A stretch of DNA of 64,000 nucleotides from Armatimonadota bacterium. GTDB lineage: Bacteria; Armatimonadota; SYMT01. The DNA lies in assembly GCA_046292385.1 (NCBI GenBank), contig JBKBRF010000006.1, positions 128,001-192,000 on the forward strand, given 5' to 3'. Shown here in pieces: positions 23,173 through 32,808 of this stretch (positions within the stretch are counted from its first letter, which is position 1; every line of letters begins with the position of its first letter). The notes beneath the pieces were generated by a model. The model worked only from the letters and a program-made list of their open reading frames with translations, was not told where the DNA came from and did not search any database. A program made the translations under genes and the position numbers.

Positions 23173-24828
23173 ATGAAAACCGTCTACTCCATAGGGATCG
23201 ACTTCGGCACCAGCAATAGCTGCGTGACGTATGCGACCTACCTCGATCGTGGCGACGGCGGCGTCGTCTCCGAGCCGCTCCACCGGCCCGAGGCGATCCC
23301 GTTCCAGCACCGCGAGACGCTGCCGACGATGCTGTTCCTGGGCGACGGCCGGGAGCAGCCGCCGCTCTTCGGCGCGCTGGCGGAGGAGAAGGCGCCGTTC
23401 TATCCGGAGCTCACCCGTTCCGGCTTCAAGCTGCGCCTGGGGCATCCCCAGCACGGCCGGGAGGCGTTCCTGCTGGCCAAGCAGTTCCTCGCCCACCTGC
23501 GGGCTCGCGCCGCGGAGGTGGTGCCGCTGGGCAAGAAAGACCCGAACGTCCGCTTCGAGACCGTGATCGGCCACCCGGTCCAATGGAGCGCGGACCAGCG
23601 CGAGGAGACCCGGCGCGCCGCCGTGGAGGCCGGCTTCCCGAACGTGCGACTGGAAGAGGAGCCGATGGCGGCGCTCTTTAGCCACCTCTGCGACGACCGC
23701 GACGGGTTCCAGCCGCGCCCCGGCAGCCGCATCCTGATGGTCGACTTGGGCGGCGGCACCACCGACTTCGCCTTCCTGCAGCTCTCGATGACGCCGGAGG
23801 AGCGCCCGGTCTCGATCCCGGTCGACCCTGCCGGCAGCGTCCCGGCGTGGGGCGACGGCCGCCGCACCTACGGCGGGCGGGACCTGGACCAGCTCCTGCT
23901 GCAGTACATGACCCGGGAGTGGGATCCGGCGATGGTGAAGCGCCACCGGCAGGCGCTGCTGCGGGAGGTCCGGCGGTTCAAGGAGGCGTTCTCCAACCGC
24001 ATGCGCGACGGCGCGCACGAGCACGAGGGCCTCTGGCTGCTGGGCGAGCAGGCGGTTTCGGTGCGCCTCACCCGCGACGAGTTCGAGACGCTCGCCGCCG
24101 AGTACATCGCCCAGTTCGAAGTGCTGCTGCGCGGCGCGCTGGAAGAGGCGCGGGTGGCACCGCGGCAGGTCGGGTACCTCGTCCTCACCGGCGGTCACTC
24201 CCGCTGGTACTTCGTCGACGAGGCGCTCCAGCGGGTCTTCCCGCATCTTTCCACCGCGAGCCGCACGATCCTGCGGCACACGAACCCGGAGCAGAGCGTG
24301 GCGCGCGGCCTGGCCTACACGCCGCTGGTGCGGAGCAATGCGTCCGGCGTGATGGCCCCGGTGCGGCGCTCCGCGCATGCCGTGTGGGTAGCGGTGCCGA
24401 ACGGGTCGCTGGCGGCGCAGGGCGCGCCGTCCGGCCAGGCGTGGGAAGAGCCGGTGCTGCTGATCCCGCGCGGGCAGCAGCTTCCGTTCCAGAGCCGCAC
24501 GCCGCTCCGCATCCGCGTGGAGCAGCTCGCCCTGGATGCCCGGGAGGCGACAGTGAACATCCGCTTCTTCAGCGGACAGCGCCGCATGCCGCTGGGCGAG
24601 CGGGTGGCGCGGTTCGAGCGGGGATTCTGGGAGCAGCTCACCAAGTCGTTCTCCCTCTGTCTCCCGTGGATGCGCAACGTGAGCGCGGACCAGTTCGAAG
24701 TGCTGGTGGCGTGCCAGGTGGATGAGAACGAGCTGATCACGGCGGAAGTGCTGGTCACCCGCTACCTGAAGGGCAAGCCCCAGGAAGTGCAGCGCCAGAA
24801 GATGCAGCTCAGCAGCGCCGCGGCGTAG
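23173..24828 (+). CDS. Atypical Hsp70 family protein
   Basis: GIDFGTSNS, EEPMAA, VDLGGGTTD, GGRDLD, LTGGHSR, PEQSVARG; C-terminus is not a canonical DnaK substrate-binding domain/lid. Confidence 0.9.
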   Translation: MKTVYSIGIDFGTSNSCVTYATYLDRGDGGVVSEPLHRPEAIPFQHRETLPTMLFLGDGREQPPLFGALAEEKAPFYPELTRSGFKLRLGHPQHGREAFLLAKQFLAHLRARAAEVVPLGKKDPNVRFETVIGHPVQWSADQREETRRAAVEAGFPNVRLEEEPMAALFSHLCDDRDGFQPRPGSRILMVDLGGGTTDFAFLQLSMTPEERPVSIPVDPAGSVPAWGDGRRTYGGRDLDQLLLQYMTREWDPAMVKRHRQALLREVRRFKEAFSNRMRDGAHEHEGLWLLGEQAVSVRLTRDEFETLAAEYIAQFEVLLRGALEEARVAPRQVGYLVLTGGHSRWYFVDEALQRVFPHLSTASRTILRHTNPEQSVARGLAYTPLVRSNASGVMAPVRRSAHAVWVAVPNGSLAAQGAPSGQAWEEPVLLIPRGQQLPFQSRTPLRIRVEQLALDAREATVNIRFFSGQRRMPLGERVARFERGFWEQLTKSFSLCLPWMRNVSADQFEVLVACQVDENELITAEVLVTRYLKGKPQEVQRQKMQLSSAAA

Positions 24829-24876
24829 ATCGCCTCCAAAAGCGATCCCGCCCCGGCGAGGTGGGGAGATTCGGAA

Positions 24877-25416
24877 ATGAGCCAGATAGAGAGTTACACG
24901 ACCGAGCGGCGCGGCTGGTGGGACCGCCTGTTCGGCTCCGTGGCAGGTCGAACGGAGGGTGAGATGCAGTATGAGTTACCCGCGGACTCGCTGTTCGCCG
25001 GCACGTGGAGCGGTGGGGGCGTCTCGTCGATCGCGGACGTTCCGGAGCAGGTGAAGCACCAGATCCGGGAAGAGGCAGTCCTGGAGACGTTCAACCGGCT
25101 GGAAGCGTCGCTGCGCTTGCTGTTGTACGCCACGACGCCGGACAAGGAGCCGCCGGACGCGGAGCAGTGCCGCCAGATCCTGAACGTCTGGCGCTACGAG
25201 CTGGAGCACCGGGTGAAGCTGACGCCGGACACCTACTGCGGGGCGGTGCAGCGCTACGAGCCGGAGATGGAGCGGGCGTACACGATCGACGCGCGCTGCC
25301 AGCCGGGCGACCTGCTGCGGATCCGGGTTCCGTGCTGGAGAATGAACGAGCGGGTGGTGGTGCGCGGCGAAGCCGAGCCGATCGACTCCCCCGTCGAGGC
25401 CCCGGCCGAGCGGTAG
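24877..25416 (+). CDS. Hypothetical protein with GrpE-like C-terminus
   Basis: GAVQRYEPEMERAY...PGDLLRIRVPCWRMNERVVVRGEA resembles the GrpE head (FDP..HEA...GY.L.DRVLRPA); follows the Hsp70 gene. Confidence 0.55.
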   Translation: MSQIESYTTERRGWWDRLFGSVAGRTEGEMQYELPADSLFAGTWSGGGVSSIADVPEQVKHQIREEAVLETFNRLEASLRLLLYATTPDKEPPDAEQCRQILNVWRYELEHRVKLTPDTYCGAVQRYEPEMERAYTIDARCQPGDLLRIRVPCWRMNERVVVRGEAEPIDSPVEAPAER

Positions 25417-25461
25417 AGACCCGATGCGCGGCCGCTGCCCCAACCCTCAGGAGAGCGCCGC

Positions 25462-25944
25462 ATGATCTCGCTGCACGACTACCTCCGCGCTCGCCACGGC
25501 GGCGCCTACCGCGCCCTGCTGCGGAGCCTGAACGGGCTCACGGAACAGCAGGCGCTCGAAGGCGCGTCTCCGCACTGGAAGCGCTACCGCCTGGGCACCG
25601 GGCTTGACGGCTCGATCGCGGGGATCGTCTGGCACGTCGCCGCCTGGAAGGCGGTGGCGGCGGACGGTCTCGACACCGGCCTCTTCCCGGACGCGGAGGC
25701 GGTACTGCCGGCCGAATCGACCTGGGCGGGGCTGCTCTCCTGGCTGGAGCTCTCCCACTCCCGCCTCACCCGCTACCTCGACGAGGCTCCACCGGAGGCG
25801 CTCTCCCACACCGTCACCGTGGAGGGGGAGGCGATGCGGGTCTACGAGCTGTTCGGCCACTGGATCGAGCACGACCAGTACCACGCTGGGCAGGTAAACC
25901 TGCTCCGCCAGCAGCGCGGCCACACGTTCCCCGGCGAGGAGTGA
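25462..25944 (+). CDS. DinB family protein
   Basis: SIAGIVWHV and HDQYHAGQV His motifs. Confidence 0.88.
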   Translation: MISLHDYLRARHGGAYRALLRSLNGLTEQQALEGASPHWKRYRLGTGLDGSIAGIVWHVAAWKAVAADGLDTGLFPDAEAVLPAESTWAGLLSWLELSHSRLTRYLDEAPPEALSHTVTVEGEAMRVYELFGHWIEHDQYHAGQVNLLRQQRGHTFPGEE

Positions 25945-26050
25945 CCCCTCTCGAGAGCTGTGCCACGGGGATGCGGGAACTGAAGAAACGGAGCAGCGAC
26001 GCCGGATGCGCAGATCGCCCGCGGGGTGGAGTGCGCGCCTTCCGAAAGGT

Positions 26051-26206
26051 GTCATCCTGAAGGCACTGAAGGATCTCGGCAGCCGTGCTGGTCCGGGATA
26101 TGCACGCGGGTGACGAGGACTCTGCTGCCGGTGCCCTTCCGCACGCTATGCCTCCCGCTCCGGCTCGAGCTGGGTGACGTAGATCCTTCGCTGCGCTCAG
26201 GATGAC
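26051..26206. repeat. 156-bp element with palindromic ends, copy 1
   Basis: GTCATCCTGA...GAAGGATCT / AGATCCTTC...TCAGGATGAC; homologous to 59452-59607. Confidence 0.85.
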
Positions 26207-26273
26207 GTGAACGGAGGCGGCGCAGTGTTGCCGCAGGGCTCGTCCGACACGGATGGGGCTCCTGACACGACCA

Positions 26274-26322
26274 AAGAGTCAAAGAGGGGAGCGAAACCGG
26301 TTGACCCGGCCGCGCTCCCCTC
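26274..26322 (-). terminator. Putative intrinsic terminator of the FKBP genes
   Basis: gaggggagcg...cgctcccctc stem followed by tttgactcttt on the minus strand. Confidence 0.55.
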
Positions 26323-26344
26323 CGTCCCACTGACGATCCGGCAG

Positions 26345-26923
26345 TTAGCTGCCTTTGATCTCCAGCAGCTCCACGTCGAAGACCAGGTCCGCGTTCGGCG
26401 GAATGGGACCGCCGGGAGTACCCTGCGCGCCGTAGCCCAGGTCCGACGGGATCACGAGCTGGCGCTTCTCGCCCACCTTCATGCCTTCCACGCCAATATC
26501 CCACCCCTGGATCACCCGACCCATGCCGAGGGGGAAATCAAAGGGTTGGCCACTGTCCCGAGAGCTGTCGAACTTGGTGCCGCCCTCACGGAGCCAGCCG
26601 GTGTAGTGCATCACCACGTTGTCACCAGCCTTGGCCTCCTGGCCGCTGCCCGGCTCGATGATCGCGTAGGTGAGCCCTTCCTTCACCTGATACTTGTCCT
26701 TGTCCAGCTTCGCCCAGGGACCCTCACCCGGGATCAGCGGCTCTCCGGCGGAGGCGGTGCCGCCTTCCGGCGCGTTACCGGTTTCCGGGGTGTTGCCCGT
26801 CGCCGGCTCGCTCGCGGTGTTGCCTGCGGGCGCGTTCCCGGTGTCGGACGGCGTCTCGGCCGGAGTGCACCCCGCGGTCAGCGCGGTGAGGGTCGCCAAC
26901 ACGGCGATTGGAATCCATCGCAT
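26345..26923 (-). CDS. FKBP-type peptidyl-prolyl isomerase, lipoprotein
   Basis: Lipobox LTAGC; HYTGWL, FDSS, VIQGWD, IPPNADLVFDVEL. Confidence 0.93.
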   Translation of the reverse strand: MRWIPIAVLATLTALTAGCTPAETPSDTGNAPAGNTASEPATGNTPETGNAPEGGTASAGEPLIPGEGPWAKLDKDKYQVKEGLTYAIIEPGSGQEAKAGDNVVMHYTGWLREGGTKFDSSRDSGQPFDFPLGMGRVIQGWDIGVEGMKVGEKRQLVIPSDLGYGAQGTPGGPIPPNADLVFDVELLEIKGS

Positions 26924-26942
26924 CACGAACTCTCCTTGGTCT

Positions 26943-27758
26943 CTACTTGCCAACACCGAGCAGCTCCACCTCGAAGACGAGGGTGGAGCCCGCCGGGATC
27001 GGGCCGATCGCCCGGTCGCCGTAAGCAAGGTCCGCGGGGATCACGAGCTGGCGCTTCTCACCGACCTTCATGCCGGCCACGCCTTCATCCCAGCCCTTGA
27101 TCACTTCCCCGCCGCCGAGCGTGAACGCAAACGGCTGCTCCCGGTCGACGGAGCTGTCGAACTTCGTGCCATTGGTGAGCCAGCCGGTGTAGTGGACCTC
27201 CACCCGGTCACCCTTCTTGGCGGCGCTCCCCTTGCCGGGTGTCATGATGGCGTACTTCAGGCCGCTCTTGGTCTTCGTGAACGCTTTCTCTTCCAGCTTC
27301 TGGGGCTTGGTGGGGGTCTCCACCACGTTGCCCAGCTTCACCAGCTCGATCTCGAAGATCAAGGTGGCGTTGCCGGGGATCGGTCCGCCCGGGGTGCCGC
27401 GCTCGCCATAGGCCAGCTTCGGCGGGATCGTGAGCTGGCGCTGCTCGCCCACCTGCATCCCGGTGATTCCCTCTTCGAAGCCGGGGATCACCATCTGCCG
27501 GCCGAGCCGGAACTCGATCGGCTCATTCCGGTCCCGGGAGGAATCGAACTTCTTCCCGTCGGTCAGCCAGCCGGTGTAGTGGACGAACACCTGCTGCCCG
27601 CTCCGGGCGGCGTCGCCCTTGCCCGGCTTCAGCACGGCGTATTTCAGGCCGCTCTCGGTGGTCTTGACCTTCTCCGGGTCGACCTTCGCCGGCTCGCTCC
27701 AGGCGGCGGTCGCCAGGGAGAGCGCCGCCAGCAGCGGCAGGCTCGCGCGTAGTGACAT
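26943..27758 (-). CDS. Tandem two-domain FKBP-type PPIase, exported
   Basis: Signal peptide; two HYTGWL..FDSS..LxFExEL domains. Confidence 0.93.
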   Translation of the reverse strand: MSLRASLPLLAALSLATAAWSEPAKVDPEKVKTTESGLKYAVLKPGKGDAARSGQQVFVHYTGWLTDGKKFDSSRDRNEPIEFRLGRQMVIPGFEEGITGMQVGEQRQLTIPPKLAYGERGTPGGPIPGNATLIFEIELVKLGNVVETPTKPQKLEEKAFTKTKSGLKYAIMTPGKGSAAKKGDRVEVHYTGWLTNGTKFDSSVDREQPFAFTLGGGEVIKGWDEGVAGMKVGEKRQLVIPADLAYGDRAIGPIPAGSTLVFEVELLGVGK

Positions 27759-27966
27759 GTCTAACTCCCTACTCCTCGTCGGCTCCGCCCCGCCGTCCTC
27801 TGCCTGGACGCTCCGAGCTGCGGATGCGTTAGAGAAAGATACGTGGGGCGGGGCGCCGCGTCTCTCAAAAAGAATGGGGCTCCCCTGTAAGATTACAAGG
27901 GCGGGGCCACTGCACGCGTCAGCCGGCCCGGCGCCCGCCCGTTCGAGCGAGAGAGGAGCAGCGCAA

Positions 27967-28929
27967 ATGAAGGCGATCCGAGTCCACGAGCCGGGCGCGC
28001 CGGAAGTGATGAAGCTGGAGGAGCTACCGGATCCGCAGCCGGGAGCCGGAGAGGTCCTGGTGCGCGTCCGCGCCGCCGGCGTGAATCCCGTAGACACCTA
28101 CATCCGCACCGGCACCTACGCCATCAAGCCGCCGCTCCCGTACACGCCCGGCATCGACGGTGCCGGCACCGTGGAGCAGGTGGGGGAGGGGGTAGAGCGT
28201 TTCCGTCCGGGAGACCGCGTCTACGTCTCCGGCGCGCTCACCGGCACCTACGCGGAGCTGGCGGTCTGCGCGGAGCGGGACGTCCACCCGCTGCCGGACA
28301 ACACCTCGTTCGCCGCGGGCGCGGGCCTGAACGTGCCGTACGCCACCGCCTACCGGGCTCTGTTCCAGCGGGCTCACGCCGCGGCGGGGGAGACGCTGCT
28401 GGTCCACGGCGCCAGCGGCGGAGTCGGCATCGCGGCGGTCCAGTTCGCCCGGGCCCACGGCATGACGGTGGTCGGCACCGCCGGCTCCGACCGCGGACGG
28501 GAGCTGGTGCTGGCGCAGGGCGCCCACCACGCGCTCGACCACCACGCCCCGGACTACCTGGAGCAGGCGCTGGCGCTGACCGGCGGCCGGGGCTTCGACG
28601 TGATCCTGGAGATGCTGGCGAACGTGAACCTGGGCAAAGACCTCCAGGTGCTGGCGCCCGGGGGCCGGGTCGCGGTGATCGGCTCTCGCGGGACCGTGGA
28701 AGTGAACCCGCGCGACGTCATGGCCCGCGAAGCAGCGGTGTTGGGGGTGCTGCTCTTCGGCGCCACCGACCGGGAGCGCACGGGGCTGCACGCGGCGATC
28801 TATGCGGGGCTGGAGAACGGCACCCTGTGCCCCGTGGTCGGCGAAGAGATCCCGCTGGCGGAGGCGCCCCGCGCCCACCAGGCGGTGATGGAGCCGGGAG
28901 CGTACGGAAAAGTAGTGCTGGTCCCCTGA
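27967..28929 (+). CDS. NADPH:quinone reductase (zeta-crystallin/MDR family)
   Basis: [32 protein letters not shown]. Confidence 0.93.
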   Translation: MKAIRVHEPGAPEVMKLEELPDPQPGAGEVLVRVRAAGVNPVDTYIRTGTYAIKPPLPYTPGIDGAGTVEQVGEGVERFRPGDRVYVSGALTGTYAELAVCAERDVHPLPDNTSFAAGAGLNVPYATAYRALFQRAHAAAGETLLVHGASGGVGIAAVQFARAHGMTVVGTAGSDRGRELVLAQGAHHALDHHAPDYLEQALALTGGRGFDVILEMLANVNLGKDLQVLAPGGRVAVIGSRGTVEVNPRDVMAREAAVLGVLLFGATDRERTGLHAAIYAGLENGTLCPVVGEEIPLAEAPRAHQAVMEPGAYGKVVLVP

Positions 28930-29024
28930 GCCAGCGCAGCACCGCAACCCGGGGCGCGCCAGCACGTTGCTAGATAGACTAGGCTTACATCGGATTGACT
29001 TCTGATCACTCGTCAAGCTTTCCC

Positions 29025-29613
29025 GTAGTCGTTCATCTACCCGCCTGGGTGTATGAGGCTGGGCGCGGGCTGACCGTGGGCAGCCGCTTCGCAGGTACGG
29101 ATGAGATAATCCCAGACTTGGCGGCGGTGGAGCCGGAGTGTGGCGACGACGGTGAGGATCCGCTCCACGAACTGCGCTCCTACCTCCGACTGGTGGCCAA
29201 AGCTCCCTTTGCGCCATAGTACCGCGGCTCGCAGGCGGGTGGCGCGACGACGACCACCTGGTCTACGGCCTCGATAGGCAGGAACTCGCGGAACTTGCCG
29301 GAGTGGCCGGACTGCCCGCCCCACTTCTTGCCGGAAGGCGGTTTGGAGGGGCGCTGGCGCCAGGGCGGATCGCTGGATGGTGGGCGCGAGGAGTTGCGGG
29401 AGTTCCGGTACTGCGCTTCGGTGAGTGCCCGGACTTGCTCCTGGAGGGGGAGCACGACCGCGTGGAGGTCTCGCACCATCTGCTGGAGCGTAGGGATATC
29501 CGTCGGCACGTCGTCGGTGACCGGCTCGGGGGAGACCGGCTCGTGAGGAGGCTGGCTCACACTCCAATAGAATCACATCTCCGCCCCAGCGAGTCATCCC
29601 GGTGAATGATTAC
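29025..29613 (-). mobile_element. Internally deleted IS66-family element (transposase pseudogene)
   Basis: N-terminal NSRNSSRPPSSD...GGQSGHSG joined out of frame to C-terminal LRAAVLWRKGSFG..S..GA.FVERILTVVATLR; imperfect TIRs gtagtcgttca / tgaatgattac; no TSD seen. Confidence 0.85.
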
Positions 29614-30644
29614 TCCTCATCTATCTAAACTCCACTTGAGACGATAAGCGTTTTGATACGCCGCTCGCTGGCAATCGCAACCCGACAGCTGGTCCATCCA
29701 GCCGCGAGGCCAATGCGGATGCGGCCGACCCAACACCGAGAGCAGACGATGATTGCTTGCTTCATTCAGTGGTGGACGCCCGGCACCTCCGAACGCGCGC
29801 TCATTGATGACCTCCGCTAGCAGCAGGAACCCCGGAAGCGCCGAGAGGAAGGAGATACTCACCACGTCGCCTTCCGGCTCCGGCTCGAGACGTAGCTCAG
29901 AGCAAATCTCAACTCTATCTCCATCACCTAGCAGCCTCCCAGCAACGGAGCGTTCTCCGGAGCAAGCACGCCACCCGCCTCCAGCAGTCCCGTGGACAGG
30001 GTGCTCCCGAGCGCTGGAACTCCAACACCGCGGCGATAGAGCCGAGACGGGCGGAACTTCCTCGCGGGGCTGCGGGCTCTTCAGTCTCGCTCATCGGCTC
30101 GGCGTCGAGCCGGAGATCCGCAACAAGTGGCCGGTGAGTTACTCGCTAAGCCCATCCGCCAGAGGAAGCGCCCCCTCGCTCTTCATTCACGGGAACGTGT
30201 TAGCCGACAGGCGCTCGGAGCGCCTATCATCGCTGGCTCCGAGATCCCGTACTGATTAGCTTGGTGTCAGAACCAGGAAGGCCGGCGGTTCCTCGGGTCG
30301 CACCGAGGAACGCACCCATGCCAACCAGCCTCAATCGCCGCACCCGAGAGCCCAGCAGCCAAGGCTCACGGCGATAGCCACTAGCGTCGAAAGGAAACGG
30401 TGCCCAGGAAAACAAAAACTGGCGCGTGACATGCAAGGATTGCAGAGGTCTATTGCACTCGCATCCCGAAATGGGTTCTGGTGGGCATCCTAGTCGGTGC
30501 CTCGAGCGCCAACGCAGGTGTTGGCAGCGTTGATGCCCAGTCGACCCGCCGGTGAGGCTCAACCGATCCCGACGCTACCTTGTGCTCTAGTAGGAAGCTT
30601 CATTGCGCCGGCCGCCGGCTCACGTACGAAGAAGGGAGAACAAC

Positions 30645-31868
30645 GTGCGTCACGGCTCGATAGCATTCTCGTTGTGGCTAACTGCCACCTTTGCCGCAAC
30701 GCTTACTCGCGCTGGTGCGGACCCGTCCCTCCCCTTGACTGAAGCTGTCGCCCAAGCCAAGGCGCGGAACCCAGTGGCTGCGGCCGCACGCGCCGAGGCC
30801 CGAGCCGCGCGCCGCGGCTTAATAGTTGCCAGGTCCTACCCAGCAGCTCACCTCATCTATGCTCCTGCGATCACCAAAGGTGGCGCACTGGAAGAGTTAC
30901 GAATCAGCCAACCACTTGAGTTCGGGAGGACGCGAGCGTCGCGTATAGGTGTCGCTCGCGCCCATGTGGCGGAGGAAGAAGCAACCGCCATCACAGAGAT
31001 ATCTGCACTGGTTTACGACGCGAAAAGCGCATACTTCGCCCTCGGGGAATCCCGAGCTCTTGCCCAGGCACATGCTTCAGCCATCGAGGCTACCACGGGT
31101 TTTCTTGAGACCGCCCGCAAGCGCGTTCTTTCCGGCGTGGCGCGCCCCGAGGACGAGGCTCTCCTCCAGATGTACCTCGAAGATTTGCGCATGAGCGCCG
31201 AGGAATACGCTATGAGCAGTAGGAATGCGGCAGTTTGGCTCAACACTCTAATGGCACGATCCCCTCAGGACCCAATAGGCGATCTGGAGCCGCTTTCGGT
31301 TGTGCCGATGTCCATGACGCAGGAAGAGGTGATCGCCAAGGCGCTCCATCAAAGCAGTTCACTGAGAGTGGATGCAGCGCGGCGCTCCAGCTTCGAGCAG
31401 CAAGCCAAGCAAGCAAGTAGTCTCGATGACCTCAAGGTAGCATTGCATTACCGTGCGGAAGAGGTCACGCGTGACATTCGCGAACAAGGATTCGGCGTTA
31501 CGTTCGTATTGCCGCTTGGCAGTCAGAAAGGCACACGTGCCGCGGCTGACCAGAAAAGAGCGCTTGCGTTGTCGCAGCAGCATAGGGAAACAGCGACGGA
31601 AAACGCTATTCGGAACGACGTGATCACGATCATGGGCGAACTCGCGCTCCTTGAGCAGTCCCTATCAGAGCACAAAGCCCGTATCGCATCTCGACAGCAC
31701 ATACTCCAGACACTCACGCGAGACTTTGAGACGGGTTCCGGTTCTGCACCCGCACTCATTGAAGCACACAGAGCATATCTGAAAGCCAGCAACGACGCCA
31801 TCCGGTTCCGGGCAAGACATGCTCGTGCCAAGGCCCTGCTCGATCGAGCCATGTCCGAGACCGATTGA
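30645..31868 (+). CDS. TolC family outer membrane efflux protein (divergent)
   Basis: Signal peptide, LTEAVAQAKARNP, ISQPLEF, AKSAYF, duplicated helical repeat, FETGSGS; GTG with AGGGAG RBS. Confidence 0.8.
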   Translation: MRHGSIAFSLWLTATFAATLTRAGADPSLPLTEAVAQAKARNPVAAAARAEARAARRGLIVARSYPAAHLIYAPAITKGGALEELRISQPLEFGRTRASRIGVARAHVAEEEATAITEISALVYDAKSAYFALGESRALAQAHASAIEATTGFLETARKRVLSGVARPEDEALLQMYLEDLRMSAEEYAMSSRNAAVWLNTLMARSPQDPIGDLEPLSVVPMSMTQEEVIAKALHQSSSLRVDAARRSSFEQQAKQASSLDDLKVALHYRAEEVTRDIREQGFGVTFVLPLGSQKGTRAAADQKRALALSQQHRETATENAIRNDVITIMGELALLEQSLSEHKARIASRQHILQTLTRDFETGSGSAPALIEAHRAYLKASNDAIRFRARHARAKALLDRAMSETD

Positions 31869-32794
31869 CGAAAACAACCCGGTTTAGTGTCGTGTCAGGG
31901 AAGCAAATCAACATGGGCACGGAAGTTACCAAAGTATACACTGGAGCGGTCGAGTTCAACAGCTGGGCACGTGACCACACCGTGCTTATGTATTCTGACG
32001 ATCCGACCCAACTTCTTGACGTTGCACTTTCCTTCTATTCACTTCCCTCGACCCATCCATTGACCCCGAGTCAAGCATTAATCGGTGGTGAGGACTTCAG
32101 GGTTTATGCAAACAACCTCGATGTCACGACTGCCGTCCTTGCCGAGTTGCAGGACATGGTCAAAGCAGCGGATAAATCTCGTCTCCGCTCAGAGTACCTT
32201 CAGGGTGCACGCTCATACATCCGGTACTTGCAAGCACTGGGCACCCATGTGCAACAGACAGCTGGGGATCAGGCTTTCGCAGAAACCCTCGCTATGACCT
32301 CAGATTGGCCCGTGCACTTCTCACGTCTGGGAGACAGAACGTATGGATGGAGTGGCAATCTCCACCCATTTTCTTTCCTATATCGCACCATACAGATTCC
32401 GCCCATCCTCTTATCAAAAGTATGGGTGCGCTACCGATCGGCAAACCCGATGCCACTTCCTCAAACGCTCGCCGAACTGCCACTTCGAAGTATTAGCTTC
32501 TCTTGTGGCCCGGCACCTTCGTTTGAACACTTCGACCCTAGCACGTTCAACCCCGGTGGCGTACTTGTCTATGCGCTGGAGGCCGCGTACGTTAACCCAT
32601 TGGAGGAACCGCTACAGGACATCCTGAGGCAACTCGATCAACTAGCACGTGGGTTGGAGACAGTGAGAACCGAGTACTTGGAGGTGGCTCTCACCTCGAT
32701 AGAACAAATCGAGCGCGATCTAAAGGCGCTTCAATCATCCACAGTGACTCGGCTGGAGCAATTAACGCAGGCCGTGGAGCATATTGCTCCGTAA
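31865..32794 (+). CDS. Hypothetical protein with C-terminal coiled coil
   Basis: 309-aa ORF coupled to the TolC stop (TTGA); alternative ATG at 31913. Confidence 0.7.
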   Translation: MTKTTRFSVVSGKQINMGTEVTKVYTGAVEFNSWARDHTVLMYSDDPTQLLDVALSFYSLPSTHPLTPSQALIGGEDFRVYANNLDVTTAVLAELQDMVKAADKSRLRSEYLQGARSYIRYLQALGTHVQQTAGDQAFAETLAMTSDWPVHFSRLGDRTYGWSGNLHPFSFLYRTIQIPPILLSKVWVRYRSANPMPLPQTLAELPLRSISFSCGPAPSFEHFDPSTFNPGGVLVYALEAAYVNPLEEPLQDILRQLDQLARGLETVRTEYLEVALTSIEQIERDLKALQSSTVTRLEQLTQAVEHIAP

Positions 32795-32808
32795 CAGGGA
32801 CGCCATCG

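Noticed and set aside
23173..25416. Calling these genes dnaK and grpE
   Set aside because: Too divergent, no canonical substrate-binding domain; the housekeeping copies more likely follow hrcA beyond the window.
29617..30600. Short ORFs in the island's left part
   Set aside because: No recognisable motifs or clear RBS; left unannotated, possibly decayed or regulatory DNA.
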